Of a stretch of DNA of 64,000 nucleotides, positions 23,961 to 38,316 are shown in pieces. The notes beneath the pieces are model-generated. The model saw only the letters and a list, made by a program, of their open reading frames with translations, was not told the DNA's origin and did not search any database. Both the position numbers and the translations under genes were made by a program. The stretch's first letter is position 1; every line of letters starts with the position of its first letter. Origin of the DNA: Eledone cirrhosa (lineage: Eukaryota); the NCBI GenBank assembly GCA_964016885.1, contig OZ024741.1, positions 296,856,001 to 296,920,000 of the forward strand. The letters are read 5' to 3'.

Positions 23961-25136
23961 TCTATATATATATAAAACAGAGGATGTATGTCTGTCTGTG
24001 TAAATCCCTAAAACTCGAGAAGTACGCAACTGACTTCTTTCAAACTTTACACATACGTTACTTATATTTCTTGAAGTGCAATGGGTTAAACAAATGTCAA
24101 CTTTTTCTGCCCTAGGGTCCGCATTAGGTGAAAAACCGCATTTTTTAGGCATTTTTAGTCTTTTTTGAGGCGTTACTTAAAGATAATCCAACAGATTTCC
24201 TCGAGATTTGCAGCACACATTAGTTAGTCCCCTCACATTGCTGTGGACAAAAAGATATCTGATTCCATTAATTGGTTCTAGGAAGTTTACGAATTAACAT
24301 TGGGCATTACATACCTTTATCATTTTCAATATAAACGCTACTTACACATCGTAAGTAACGTATAATATTTCGTTAAAAAATTTGGTTTATTTAACAGAGG
24401 ACACAACACTTACTTTTAAGCAGGACCATTTTCGTGGGGTTGAGGAAATGAGGAGGACCTTAAAATATTTGTTGGCACCCTGTTGACGCTTCGTACTTTC
24501 ATCACGCACAAATCCGGGCTCTGTGTACGTTGCCGTGTTATTGACACCGTAAAACTCACGTCTGTGCTACTTCTACTAAGACCCTTTTGTTGCACCTACA
24601 CTGCAGTATGAACGTCCTGCCCAAGTACGCTGAACATCGGTTGTGCTAATTCTGCAGTGACCCCTTTTGTCGTACCTTTGTTGCTGTGTAAATGCAGTGC
24701 AACCAGTGCTGCCTAGTGTTTGTGCTAATTGCACTATGACCCCCTTCTGCTGCAGCTGCGTTACCACGCTGATTTCGTCATCTCAATATCCTTACTTAAA
24801 CGTTCATCCCTACTTAGTTTTCACACAATTGACTACGTCACTCCTTCAGACTGACGCGTGTTCCCCATCTGTGACGTAATTCGTGAACAGACTTACAACA
24901 TACATGGCCCCACAACACGTACTTACTCCTTTCGCATACAGGATTTCCGCAATCAGCCCACTGACACCGCTACTACTGGATTCTGCCTGCTGGTGTTCTA
25001 CGTTTCCAGTAGATGAACAATCAATCCCTGAGAATAAGGGAATTCAAAAAGTACACAGCTACCTTCCTCAATCTTTGCATATGCGCGTTGCTATTTCATG
25101 TTTCCTACCCTGTGCAACGCCGGGTCCTGCTGCTAG
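23961..25136 (+). mobile_element. Non-autonomous Helitron
   Basis: A|TCTATATATATATAAAA..gtatgtctgtctgtg start; 3' accc-tgtgcaacgcc-gggt hairpin then CTAG|T; weak ~80-bp internal repeats at 24580-24760. Confidence 0.8.
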
Positions 25137-25217
25137 TATACTACTAAAACTCTGATCTTGATTGCGTGCTTGCTTGCACACACTTTCTCTATATATATAT
25201 GTTCATATTTGTGTATA

Positions 25218-25729
25218 TACAGGTTGTCCCCCCAAAAATGTATACCCACTTTGATTGCCTATACATGCATTATTTGTTAGGATGGTGTATACATTTTTAG
25301 GGACCCCGGTATATATATATATATGGTGTCCCCGAAAAAAGTATACACACTTTGATTACCTGTACAGGCAATATATATATTAGAATGGTGTATACATTTT
25401 TAGGGACCCCGGTATATATATATATATATATGGTGTCCCAGAAAAATGTATACACACTTAGATTACCTGTACAAGCAATATATATATTAGAATGGTGTAT
25501 ACATTTTTAGGGACCCCGGTATATCTGTATATGGTGTCCCCGAAAAATGTATACACACTTTGATTAACTGTACAGGCAATATATATATTAGATTGGTGTA
25601 TACATTTTTAGGGACCCCGGTATATATATATATATATATATGGTGTCCCCGAAAAATGTATACACACTTTGATTACCTGTACAGGCAATATATATATTAG
25701 AATGGTGTATACATTTTTAGGGACCCCGG

Positions 25730-25762
<33 letters not shown>

Positions 25763-27310
25763 GGGGTCCCCGAAAAATGTATACACGCTTTGATTACCTG
25801 TACAGGCAATATATATATTAGAATGGTGTATACATTTTTAGGGACCCCGGTATATATATATATATATGGTGTCCCCGAAAAATGTATACACACTTTGATT
25901 ACCTGTACAGTCAATATATATATTAGAATGGTGTATACATTTTTAGAGACACCGGTATATATATGGTGTCCCCGAAAAATGTATACACACTTAGATTACC
26001 TGTCCAAGCAATATATATATTAGAATGGTGTATACATTTTTAGGGACCCCGGTATATCTGTATATGGTGTCCCCGAAGAATGTATACACACTTTGATTAC
26101 TTGTACAGTCAATATATATATTAGAATGATGTATACATTTTTAGGGACCCTGTTATATATATATATATATATGGTGTCCCCGAAAAATGTATACACACTT
26201 TGATTACCTGTACAGGCAATATATATATTAGAATGGTGTATACATTTTTAGAGACACCGGTATATATATATATGGTGTCCCCGAAAAATGTATACACACT
26301 TTGATTACCTGTACCGGCAATATATATATTAGAATGGTGTATACATTTTTAGGGACCCCGGTATATATATGTGGTGTCCCCGGAAAATGTATACACACTT
26401 TCATTACCTGTACAGGCAATATATATATTAGAATGGTGTATACATTTTTAGGGACCCCGGTATATATATATATATATGGTGTCCCCGAAAAATGTATACA
26501 CACTTTGATTACCTGTACAGGCAATATATATATTAGAATGGTGTATACATTTTTAGGGACCCCGCTCTATATATATGGTGTCCCCGAAAAATGTATACAC
26601 ACTTTGATTACCTGTACAGGCAATATATATATTAGAATGGTGTATACATGTTTAGGGACTCCGGTATATATATATATATATATGGTGTCCCCGAAAAATG
26701 TATACACATTTTGATTACCTGTAGAGGCAATATATATATTAGAATGGTGTATACATTTTAGGGACACCGGTATATATATATATATGGTGTCCCAGAAAAA
26801 TGTATACACACTTTGATTACCTGTACAGGCAATATATATATTAGAATGATGTATACATTTTTACGAACCCCGTTATATATATATATATATATATATGGTA
26901 ACCCGAAAAATGTATACACACTTTGATTACCTGTACAGGCAATATATATATTAGAATGGTGTATACATTTTTAGGGACCCCGGTATATATATATATATAT
27001 ATATATATATGGTGTCCCAGAAAAATGTATACACACTTAGATTACCTGTACAAGCAATATATATATTAGAATGGTGTATACATTTTTAGGGACCCCGGTA
27101 TATCTGTATATGGTGTCCCCGAAAAATGTATACACACTTTGATTACCTGTACAGGCAATATATATATTAGATTGGTGTATACATTTTTAGGGACCCCGGT
27201 ATATATATATATATATATATATGGTGTCCCCGAAAAATGTATACACACTTTGATTACCTGTACAGGCAATATATATATTAGAATGGTGTATACATTTTTA
27301 GGGACCCCGG

Positions 27311-27341
<31 letters not shown>

Positions 27342-27813
27342 GTGGTCCCCGAAAAATGTATACACACTTTGATTACCTGTACAGGCAATATATATATTAG
27401 AATGGTGTATACATTTTTAGGGACCCCGGTATATATATATATATATGGTGTCCCCGAAAAATGTATACACACTTTGATTACCTGTACAGTCAATATATAT
27501 ATTAGAATGGTGTATACATTTTTAGAGACACCGGTATATATATATATGGTGTCCCCGAAAAATGTATACACACTTTGATTACCTGTACCGGCAATATATA
27601 TATTAGAATGGTGTATACATTTTTAGGGACCCCGGTATATATATGTGGTGTCCCCGGAAAATATATATATTAGATTGGTGTATACATTTTTAGGGACCCC
27701 GGTATATATATATATATATATATATGGTGTCCCCGAAAAATGTATACACACTTTGATTACCTGTACAGGCAATATATATATTAGAATGGTGTATACATTT
27801 TTAGGGACCCCGG

Positions 27814-27847
<34 letters not shown>

Positions 27848-28344
27848 TGGGGTCCCCGAAAAATGTATACACACTTTGATTACCTGTACAGGCAATATAT
27901 ATATTAGAATGGTGTATACATTTTTAGGGACCCCGGTATATCTGTATATGGTGTCCCCGAAGAATGTATACACACTTTGATTACCTGTACAGTCAATATA
28001 TATATTAGAATGATGTATACATTTTTAGGGACCCTGTTATATATATATATATATATGGTGTCCCCGAAAAATGTATACACACTTTGATTACCTGTACAGG
28101 CAATATATATATTAGAATGGTGTATACATTTTTAGAGACACCGGTATATATATATATATGGTGTCCCCGAAAAATGTATACACACTTTGATTACCTGTAC
28201 CGGCAATATATATATTAGAATGGTGTATACATTTTTAGGGACCCCGGTATATATATGTGGTGTCCCCGGAAAATGTATACACACTTTCATTACCTGTACA
28301 GGCAATATATATATTAGAATGGTGTATACATTTTTAGGGACCCC

Positions 28345-28381
<37 letters not shown>

Positions 28382-30010
28382 TGTCCCCGAAAAATGTATA
28401 CACACTTTGATTACCTGTACAGGCAATATATATATTAGAATGGTGTATACATTTTTAGGGACCCCGCTCTATATATATGGTGTCCCCGAAAAATGTATAC
28501 ACTCTTTGATTACCTGTACAGGCAATATATATATTAGAATGGTGTATACATGTTTAGGGACTCCGGTATATATATATATATATATGGTGTCCCCGAAAAA
28601 TGTATACACATTTTGATTACCTGTAGAGGCAATATATATATTAGAATGGTGTATACATTTTAGGGACACCGGTATATATATATATATGGTGTCCCAGAAA
28701 AATGTATACACACTTTGATTACCTGTACAGGCAATATATATATTAGAATGCTGTATACATTTTACGAACCCCGTTATATATATATATATATATATGGTAA
28801 CCCGAAAAATGTATACACACTTTGATTACCTGTACAGGCAATATATATATTAGAATGGTGTATACATTTTTAGGGACACCGGTATATATATATATATATA
28901 TATGGTCTCCCGCTAAAATGTATACACACTTTGATTACCTGTAGAGGCAATATATATATTAGAATGGTGTATACATTTTTACGGACAGCGGTATATATAT
29001 ATATATATGTGGTGTCGCCGAAAAATGTATACACACTTAGATTACCTGTACAGGCAATATATATATTAGAATGGTGTATACATTTTTAGGGACCCCGGTA
29101 TATATATATATATCTGGTGTCCCCGAAAAATGTATACACATTTTGATTACCTGTACAGGCAATATATATATTAGAATGGTGTATACATTTTTAGGGACAC
29201 CGGTATATATATATATGGTGTACCCGAAAAATATATACACACTTTGATTACCTGTACAGGCAATATATATATTAGAATGGTGTATACATTTTTAGGGACA
29301 CCGGTATATATATATATATGGTGTCCCGCAAAAATGTATACACACTTTGATTACCTGTACAGGCAATATATATATTAGAATGGTGTATACATTTTTAGGG
29401 ACACCGGTATATATATATATGGTGTCCCGCAAAAATGTATACACACTTTGATTACCTGTACAGGCAATATATATATTAGAATGGTGTATACATTTTTAGG
29501 GACACCGGTATATATATATATATGGTGTCCCGCAAAAATGTATACACACTTTGATTACCTGTACAGGCAATATATATATTAGAATGGTGTATACATTTTT
29601 AGGGACACCGGTATATATATATATGGTGTCCCGCAAAAATGTATACACACTTTGATTACCTGTACAGGCAATATATATATTAGAATGGTCTATACATTTT
29701 TAGGGACACCGGTATATATATATATGGTGTCCCGCAAAAATGTATACACACTTTGATTACCTGTACCGGCTCTATATATGGTGTATGCATTTTTACGGAC
29801 CCCGTTATATATATATATATATATATATATATGGTGTCCCCGAAAAATGTATACACACTTTGATTACCTGTACAGGCAATATATATCTTAGAATGGTGTA
29901 TACATTTTTAGGGATTCCGGTATATATATATATGGTGTCCCCGAAAAATGTATACACACTTTGATTACCTGTACAGGTAATATATATATTAGAATGGTGT
30001 ATACATTTTT
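25218..30010. repeat. Satellite array 2: same unit, roughly 45 copies, with higher-order duplication
   Basis: Preceded by the same leader (25137-25217) and same divergent first monomer as array 1. Confidence 0.95.
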
Positions 30011-30782
30011 ATAAAGTAAATTTACTTTATTCTTAACTCTTTTTTAATTCCTAATCTAGCATTTTCCATTTTTCATTTTTCCTCATATTATTGGCCATTG
30101 AAACTATATATTTTTTAATATTTTGTTAACATATATACTTTTTGACGTTAGATATTTTTTCTTCCTTAAATTCTATTTTTCTTCTCTCCTTCCGTGCTTG
30201 TTTTAAACCTATTATTTACTTATACATATTACAATACATAAAAACAAACTTAAACCCTAAATAATTCCTCTAAGTTCATAACTCATTTATTCTTCTCCTT
30301 CTTTCACATTATATCCTTAATATCATTAATATTTTAATTTTAATAATACATATTAATAAATTCTCTTTTTTTCGCACATATTATTAAACCCTTCAATACA
30401 TAAACCTAAATTAATACTATTCCTAATTCCTTTTTCTTCAATCATAAACATCAACATCCATAAACCTCATTAACTCTTAATTTCAAAATCTTTTAAATTA
30501 TCTATTATCTTCCAACGGTTTTTTTAATTTCTCTCTGTAAAGCCTATTGTAAAGCCTATTTCTCTCTCTCTATCACTCATTTCTCCTCCTCTCTCATCCT
30601 TCCTTCTTATACTCCTCCCCCACCATCCTTTATTTTCTTTCTTCCTCTTCCTTACCTTTTCCTACCCCCCCCCCCCCTCATTTTTTTCCTAATCTCATAT
30701 ATCCATCTTACTTTATTTTTTCATATGTTGATTTAAAAATTCACTGCTCACAAGTGTTTTTAAGCTTCATATCATGTCTCCC

Positions 30783-30854
30783 TATTTTATCTGATGAGAA
30801 CGCAGATATCATCCCATGATGATATTTGTTTTTGAAATGCGCAAAATATAAATA
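30783..30854 (+). ncRNA. Degenerate hammerhead (cleavage-site U lost)
   Basis: tattttat-CUGAUGA-gaacgcagatatcat..tgatatttgttttt-GAAA-tgcgca-AA; homologous to 22832. Confidence 0.6.
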
Positions 30855-30951
30855 CTTGCAACTCTTTTAACCATCTTTTGATCTTATATTATTTATACTC
30901 CAGTCCTATAAACTGTAGAGTGCAACCTATGTATATATATATATGTATATG

Positions 30952-31000
<49 letters not shown>

Positions 31001-31113
31001 GTATATATATATATATATGTATATATATGTATATATATATATGTATATATATGTATATATATATGTATATATATATATGTATATATATATATATGTATAT
31101 ATATATGTATATA

Positions 31114-31153
<40 letters not shown>

Positions 31154-31156
<3 letters not shown>

Positions 31157-31640
31157 TCATCATCATCATCAACGTTTAACGTCCGTGTTCCACGCTTGCA
31201 TGGGTTTGGACGGGGGTAGTCCCACTTGAGGCAAGAGTGATTGTCTTGCTCGCATAGGACTGTCTGGCAGGTTTTCTACAGTTGGATGCCCTTCCTAACA
31301 CCAACCACATTTACAGTGTGGGTCTGGGAGGTTTTTACCGTGTTGCCTACACGGCCACATTACAGCGTGGACTGTGTGTTTTTTTGTCGTGACACCTACA
31401 CGATCTCATTTGTTTCGGCCCGGATGGCGCGGCACCAACATAACTTTACATAGGACGGGGTGGTGTGGATGGGGTGGGGGTGGTGGTGGTGGGACGGGGT
31501 GTATTTTGTTAGAGATGCCTACTGGCAAGGCGGGTCTTCTCTGTTACTGAGTACCGCCAAAGGTCTCGGTCCAGTGACATTGTCTTGGAGAGGTGTAAGT
31601 GTGTGAGGTCGGAGTTTATCAGCTCGTCCCAGGTTTTTCT
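31154..31640 (-). mobile_element. RTE family B 3' end
   Basis: RKTWDELINSD..EKTRL + UTR + (CAT)n. Confidence 0.9.
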
Positions 31641-31715
31641 ATATATGTATATATATATATATGTATATATATAACGAAGGAAATGTGGTAAGGAACCAGA
31701 TGGACCATAACGCAC

Positions 31716-33935
31716 CTTTTTTCCAAATTGGATTAGTTCAAATTTATCCTCATTCAACAGCATATTATTCATCCCTGCCCATTGGATAACAGCCAGTATG
31801 TCTGACTGCAGGCAAGTCCGGTCACCTACCTCATTGATGACCCTTTGGAGCTTGGAATCATCTGCGAAGATTCTGATGTTACTGTGTTTGATGATGTCAG
31901 TAATGTCATTAATGTAGATGATGAAAAGAAGTGGGCCCAACACAGTGCCTTGTGGGACGCCACTGCTGACTTTGGCAGGGCTTGATTTTACTCCTTCGAC
32001 TACAACATGCTGGGTTCTGCTTGTCGGAAAACATTTGATCCACTGTAGTAACCTTCCAGAGACACCAACATTGGATAGTTTTTTCAGTAGAATCTTATGA
32101 TCAACCCTGTTGAAGGCCTTGCTGAAATCAAGGTAGATGACATCAGTGTTGGAGCCCTCTCCCAAGGCTCTCAAAACATCGTCAAAGTGATGCAGGAGCT
32201 GTGTTAGGCAGTCCCTTCCATTATGGAACCCATGTTGGTTGGAGTTCAGCAGGCCGTTGCTTTCAAGAAAGTGGGTTATTCGTGATTTCACCACCCTCTC
32301 AAATACCTTGAGAATATGAGAGGTGAGTGAGATCGGACAGTAGTTCACTGCAAGGGATTTATTTCCCTTTTTGAAGACTGGGACAGAAAGTTTTCAGGAA
32401 TATAGCCAATGTCCAGTGAGTTCCTCCACAGATTAGCAAGAGGAGTTGCAAGTTGGTGTCGACACACCTTCAGGACACAAGCAGGAAACCTGTCGGGGCC
32501 TACTGCTGATTTGTGTTTAATTTCATTTATTGCTGCTAAGATATCAGGGGCGCCAAACGTTATGTCTGATATATTGTGTTGGGAGTTAATATCACTGATA
32601 CGGCCCAGATCGGCCATATCAGGGTTGCTGAAAACAGTAGTATTGTTTCTGCAGTATCTCGCCCATGGTTTTGGCATTGTCCTGGAGTGTGCCATTTTCA
32701 TCAACTAGGGGGCCAACAGTGGAGACGGTGACCTTGTGTTTTTAGCGAATGAGAAGAACACTTTGGGGTTGAGTTTTATTTTCTCAATGGCCCACCTCTC
32801 TTCAGCTATTCTCTGGTTATTGATAATGGTCATCATGCATTGCTGGAGGTTATATTTTTTTGACTCAAGCAGGGTGATAGTCATCAAATGTGTCTGTTGC
32901 TGTTGGCAGTATTTTAGTGTGTTAATTTTTTTGTTTGTTGTTTTTATTTTTCTGATAATTGTTTTTCTGTTTTGGAGGATACTGTTTTTTTCACAGGTTT
33001 TGGTGGGGTGTGTTTTGTACATATATTTGTGACTGTCTACTAAGATCTGCCAAGATGTTTTGATGTTGGTGTAAGTGTGTGCGTGTGTAAAAGACCAGTC
33101 GACATGTGATAGTTCATTCATAATTGCATCCCAGTTGGCATTGTAGAGATCCATGTTATCAAATGGGTGGGCTGGAGAGAGGACCCTGGGATTAGCTTTC
33201 GGCTGGTGGAATCTCAGGTTACAAAGAACCATGTCATGGTCTGAGAGAAGGGTTTTTTCCACTGTAATATTATGTATAGTGTTAGTGTGGTTACTAAACA
33301 CTAGATCCAGAATGTTCTTCTGATGCCTCGTTGGTGCAAGGACAAGTTGGGACAAGAAAAACTCATTCATGAAGTCAAGAAGTGACTCGACAGCCTCTTT
33401 GTCAGTGGTTGAGGCTGTGGAGCCTGGTTTCAAACTACATGTAGACCAATCGACACAGGGTAGATTAAAGTCTCCCATCAAAAGTATGTTGCTAGAATGG
33501 CACTGTTTAATAAAGCATTTAATACTTATGAGGCATTCTTTGAAACAGATTATGGGTGTTTGTGGCGGCCTATAGAGCCCAACTAATGTCAGGTCATTGG
33601 CTTTATTGTGCACAGTGACTGATTCACAGTAACCATTAGAGAATGTTGTGTTGCCATCTGCCGTAAAGGAATCATGCAGGAAAATGGCAGTTCCACCCTT
33701 CCTTCTGCCAAAACGATCCGCACGGATGGTTGTGAAATTTCTCACTCTTATTTCGGCCTCCAAGTGGGAGTTGTCACGGTGGGTCTCGGTAAGAATGAAG
33801 AAGGGGTTGTGAAATGGATGGTTACCAACCCAATCCTCAATTAATTGGATCTTCCATTTCTGTGCATTGATGGATGGGCTGATACCTTGTGTATTGAGTA
33901 AGAATGTTGAGGCTAGTGTGGTGGCTGGTTTTGAC
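31716..33935 (-). mobile_element. CR1/Jockey-group LINE ORF2 remnant (APE + RT), frameshifted, 3'-truncated
   Basis: RADR..GG, GLYRPP, MGDFNLP, LDLVF, SDH; GPD; NYCPISLTS, YLDFSKAF, SGVPQGTVLGPLLF, FADDSKL. Confidence 0.88.
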
Positions 33936-33946
33936 TGATGTATATA

Positions 33947-36900
33947 TCATCATCATCATCATCATCATCGTTTAACATCCATCTTCCACGCTAGCATGAG
34001 TTTGGACGGGAATTTTGAGGCAAGATTGGTTGTCTCGCTCATATAGGACTGTCTGGCGGGTTTTCTACGGCTGGATGCCCTTCCTAACACCAACCACGTT
34101 TACAGTGTGGACTGGGAGGTTTTTACCGTGTTACCTACACGGCCACATTACAGCGTGGAGTGTGTTTTTTTGTCGTGACACCTACACGACCTCATTTGTT
34201 TCAGACTGGATGTTGTGGTACCAACATAACTTCACGTTTAAGGGGGTGGTGTGGATGGGGTGGGGGTAGTGGGATGGGGTGTATTTTGTTAGAGGTGCCT
34301 ACTGACTGTAGGTTTCGCTTTGTACTTAGGCAAGGCGGGTCTTCTGTATTACTGTGTAACGCCAAAGATCTCGGTCCAGTGACATTGTCTTGGAGAGGTG
34401 TAAGTGTGTGAGGTCGGAATTTATCAAGTCGTCCCAGGTTTTTCTGGGTCTGCCTACTCCGTGGCTACCGTCTATTTTTATCGCCCTGCACTTTTTTATA
34501 CAGCTGTCGTCTTTCATGCGCATCACATGACCGTAGCAATGTAGTTTTCTCTCGAGTAAACAACATCTGATCCCTCTTATTCCTAATTTCTCCCTTAGTT
34601 CGTTTATGCTTTGCTGTTCACGTATATTACTATTACACATCCAGCGGAGCATGCAAGCTTCGTTTCTCTCCAGTCTGCATATATCCTCTGCACACAATGC
34701 CCATGTCTCACTGCCATGTAACATTGCTGTTCGTATGCAGGCCTCATATAGCCTGCCTTTCATTTTTAGAGAGAACCCTTTAGTGGTATAAGCTCTCTGA
34801 ACTTTTTCCATCCCGTTCGGACTCTAGCTACTGTACTTTCAGAGCACCCTCCCCCACTGCTGATTTTGTCACCCAGGAAGCTGTCCACTATTTCTATAGA
34901 ACCATCTGTGCAATGGAATGAGCTAGTATTCTGTGGGCACTTGATGCTACTTATTGCACCAGAGCACCGGCCACATATAAAATCTATATTCTTAGTTAGC
35001 TTACCTGTGATCCCACTACATCTTTTATGCACCCATACTTTGCATTTGGGACATAAAATGGAGTTTCTGCCTACTCCTTTCCTACACACTGAGCATGGCC
35101 ATTTCCCAGATGGGACCGGTGCCCTATTTTCCTTCCTACAAACTAGAACTTTAGTCTTAGACAAGTTAACTTTAAGGCCTTTTGATTCTAGGCCATGCTT
35201 CCATGTTTGGAATTTCTTCTCTAGTTCAGCCATTGATTCAGCTATGAACGTTAGATCATCTGCATATAGGAGTTCCCATGGGCAGCCGGTCTTGAACTCC
35301 TCTGTTATAGCCTGAAGCGCAATAATAAATAGTAGTGGGCTAAGGACGGAGCCCTGATGAACACCAACTTTTACGCTAAACTCTTCACTATATTCGTTGT
35401 TAATTCTAACCTTGCTGGCTGTTTCTTTATACATGGCATGTATAGCTCTCACCAGCCATTCATCAACACCTAGTTTTCTAAGGGCCCACCAGATAATCGA
35501 GCGGGGTACTCTGTCAAAGGCTTTCTCCAAGTCAACAAAAGCTAAGTATAGGGGTTTACTTTTAGCTAGGTACTTCTCCTGTAGTTGTCATACAATGAAA
35601 AGCCCGTCTGTTGTACTTTTACCTGACACAAACCCAAACTGCATTTCATCTAGATCAATTCGCTCTGTGATTAGTTGCGCTATTACTTTTTCTGTAACCT
35701 TCATGACCTGGTCAATTAATTTAATGCCTCTATAGTTTCTCCTATCTAGGGCATCACCTTTACCCTTGTAGCAGTTTATGATGATGCGGCTGCGCCAGTC
35801 CTTCGGAATGATCCCATTCTGTATGACTTGGTTTACTATCCGGGTGACCATAGTGTGTCCCACCGTTCCAGATGCTTTCAGCATTTCAGCAACTATTTCC
35901 GAAGGCCCGGCCGCCTTGCTCGTCTTCATGTCTTTGATCGCCTTACTTATTATACTACCTTCAACTTGCACTGCTGGTCCCTCTATTGGGTCGATGTAGG
36001 GGAGACTGTCTTTCTCCCAATTATTCTCCTCATTTAGTAGCCTTTCGTAGTAACACTTCCAAGCTACCTTCTTATCAGTGTCAGTGATGGCAAGTACACC
36101 ATCATCATTAAGGACACACTTCTCCCCGACAATATCACTGTTTTCCTTGACACATTGCCTAGCAATCCTGAACACCTCACGCTTTTGGTCCTCGCGTTGT
36201 AGAACATGCTTGAACTTTCTTTCCTCTGCTTCCCTTCTTGCGAAGTACACTTGTCTCCTAGCTTCCCTCCTGGCCACTTGATAGTCTTCTCTACTTCCCC
36301 CATCCCGCCATGCTTTCCAAGCCTGCTTTTTGGCCTTGATTGACCCCTCCACCTTACTGTTCCACCACCATGTTACTCTCCTCCTACCTATAGGTCTGCT
36401 CCAGCCACAGGTTTCATCTGTCGCCTTCAGCAGGTTAGCTTTCAGGAATTCCCACTGTTCCTCTATATTGTACGACTCTAATTGCTCTTCCTTACTATCA
36501 AAAGCATCAAGTAATATGCTTTGAAATTTATTACTGGCTGTGGGGAGTCTTTTAACTTCCATATTTTTCTCCTGAGGATAGTCCTCTTCTGTTGTCTAGT
36601 ACGTCTCGTCCTGACTATGAGGTCGCTAATTATGAGTCTTATGTTGAGAGGTACATTCTTCATGGGGGAGGATTTAGTGTTTACAACAGACACTCTGTCA
36701 CATCTCCTGGTAAGGATATAATCTACCTGGCTTGTGTGTTCCCCCGATCTATAGGTGATCAAGTGATTGTCTCGTTTTTTGAAGTTAGTGTTACAGATAG
36801 TTAGGTTATTTGCGTCACAGAATTCCAGGATTCTGGAGCCTTCCTCATTTCTAGTACCAAACCCATAGCCTCCATAGATTCCGTCATAGCCGTCACAATG

Positions 36901-37600
36901 TTGTCCAACGTGACCATTTAGGTCGCCAGCGATAACTATGTAGTCACTGTCGGTTATTTGGGAGGTAGCGAGCATCAGTGTCTCATAGAATCTGTCTTTT
37001 ATAACGCCAGGCAGTCCGGATTGTGGTTCATATGCAGATATTATTGTCTCAGTAGTTCTATTGAGGACAAGTCTTATTTCAATTATTCTGTCGTTCACTC
37101 TATTTATGTCTATTATCTTATCTGCCCACTTTTCTGCTACCATGATTCCTACTCCACCCAGCCCATTGTCATTTCCCACCCAGAAAAGCTTATAGCATCG
37201 TTCTTTACCCACAATGAATCTAGCAGACCCTTTCCTCCACCTGGTCTCTTGAATACAACAAACATCGACCTCCTTATGTTCAAGCATTTCTACAACCTCG
37301 CTAGAGCGACCCTTTAAGGTGCCTACATTCATGGTACCAACTCTGAAGTTTTGGATTGCGTTTGGAGGGTGGGAGCGGTGTGGCGCAGAGGGGGGGGGGC
37401 ATGTTAGCCATCCGCGGCCGAAACAAAGAGGAGGAGTCCTTGCATTCTCGTCCGGCAGCATGAGGTGAATTTGTCTTTATCTTTGGCATTGTCACTGAGT
37501 GTCCAGATTTTTTCTTTTCAAACTCTCCAGAATTCCGTAGTCCATCCATCATATTGAAAGGCAACCAGGTAAGTGATAGCATAGGCCGCTGACTTATGAT
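33947..37600 (-). mobile_element. Near full-length RTE family B element (APE + RT + PHD), frameshifted
   Basis: ORFs 36478-37461 (GTMNV, CIQETRW, GDLNGHVG, QVDYIL), 35588-36562, 34766-35530, 34326-34811; UTR and (GAT)n tail. Confidence 0.93.
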
Positions 37601-37655
37601 TGGCCCACGTAATAATGGTGGTGCGTGGGGGCGGGTGGGAGGGATATTGGGTAGT

Positions 37656-38051
37656 TAGCGAGAAGGTTAAGGTTTAAATAAGATAACCGTATTTGGGGCA
37701 TAATTTAACAAGCATAAAAAATACAAGATTTGTTTTGAAAAATACGCTAGAATTATCGAATAGAAAAGCAAAGATTGGATTCTGGGAGAAATGTTACAGA
37801 TTGATGAATGGACTAGGGAATTAAAATGGTGAGAAGAGTGAAAAAATATTTGTAGCGAGAAGGTTAAGGTTTAAATAAGATAACCGTATTTGGGGCATAA
37901 TTTAACAAGCATAAAAAATACAAGATTTGTTTTGAAAAATACGCTAGAATTATCGAATAGAAAAGCAAAGATTGGATTCTGGGAGAAATGTTACAGATTG
38001 ATGAATGGACTAGGGAATTAAAATGGTGAGAAGAGTGAAAAAATATTTGTG
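37656..38051. repeat. Tandem duplication, ~197-bp unit x2
   Basis: tagcgagaaggttaagg...aaaatatttgt at ~37656 and ~37853. Confidence 0.9.
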
Positions 38052-38270
38052 CGTTACATTACACCGTGTTAGCAGCCTAGCCTGAATAGGGTTGGCGATT
38101 TCTGAGGTTTCGTACTTGCAAAGGATTTATTTTATGTTTGGAAAGAGAGGAAGGGATTGAATTATTTTCCCACATCTTACGTTAACTATTTTTCCATTTT
38201 GACGCTATAGTCACTTATATATTATGGAATACTGTTGGCTTCTTGCTACAATAATCTCTATCTTTTCATT

Positions 38271-38313
<43 letters not shown>

Positions 38314-38316
<3 letters not shown>

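Noticed and set aside
20981-29964. Repetitive ITCTGNIYIRMVYTFLGTP ORFs
   Set aside because: Translation of the satellite; frame shifts with TA number.
25218-30010. CRISPR-like array of palindromic repeats
   Set aside because: Spacers are only (TA)n, units are ~88 bp, context is eukaryotic and no cas genes are present.
31509-32348. Single 279-aa RT ORF
   Set aside because: Chimeric read-through of CR1-like RT, a TA tract and an RTE-B end.
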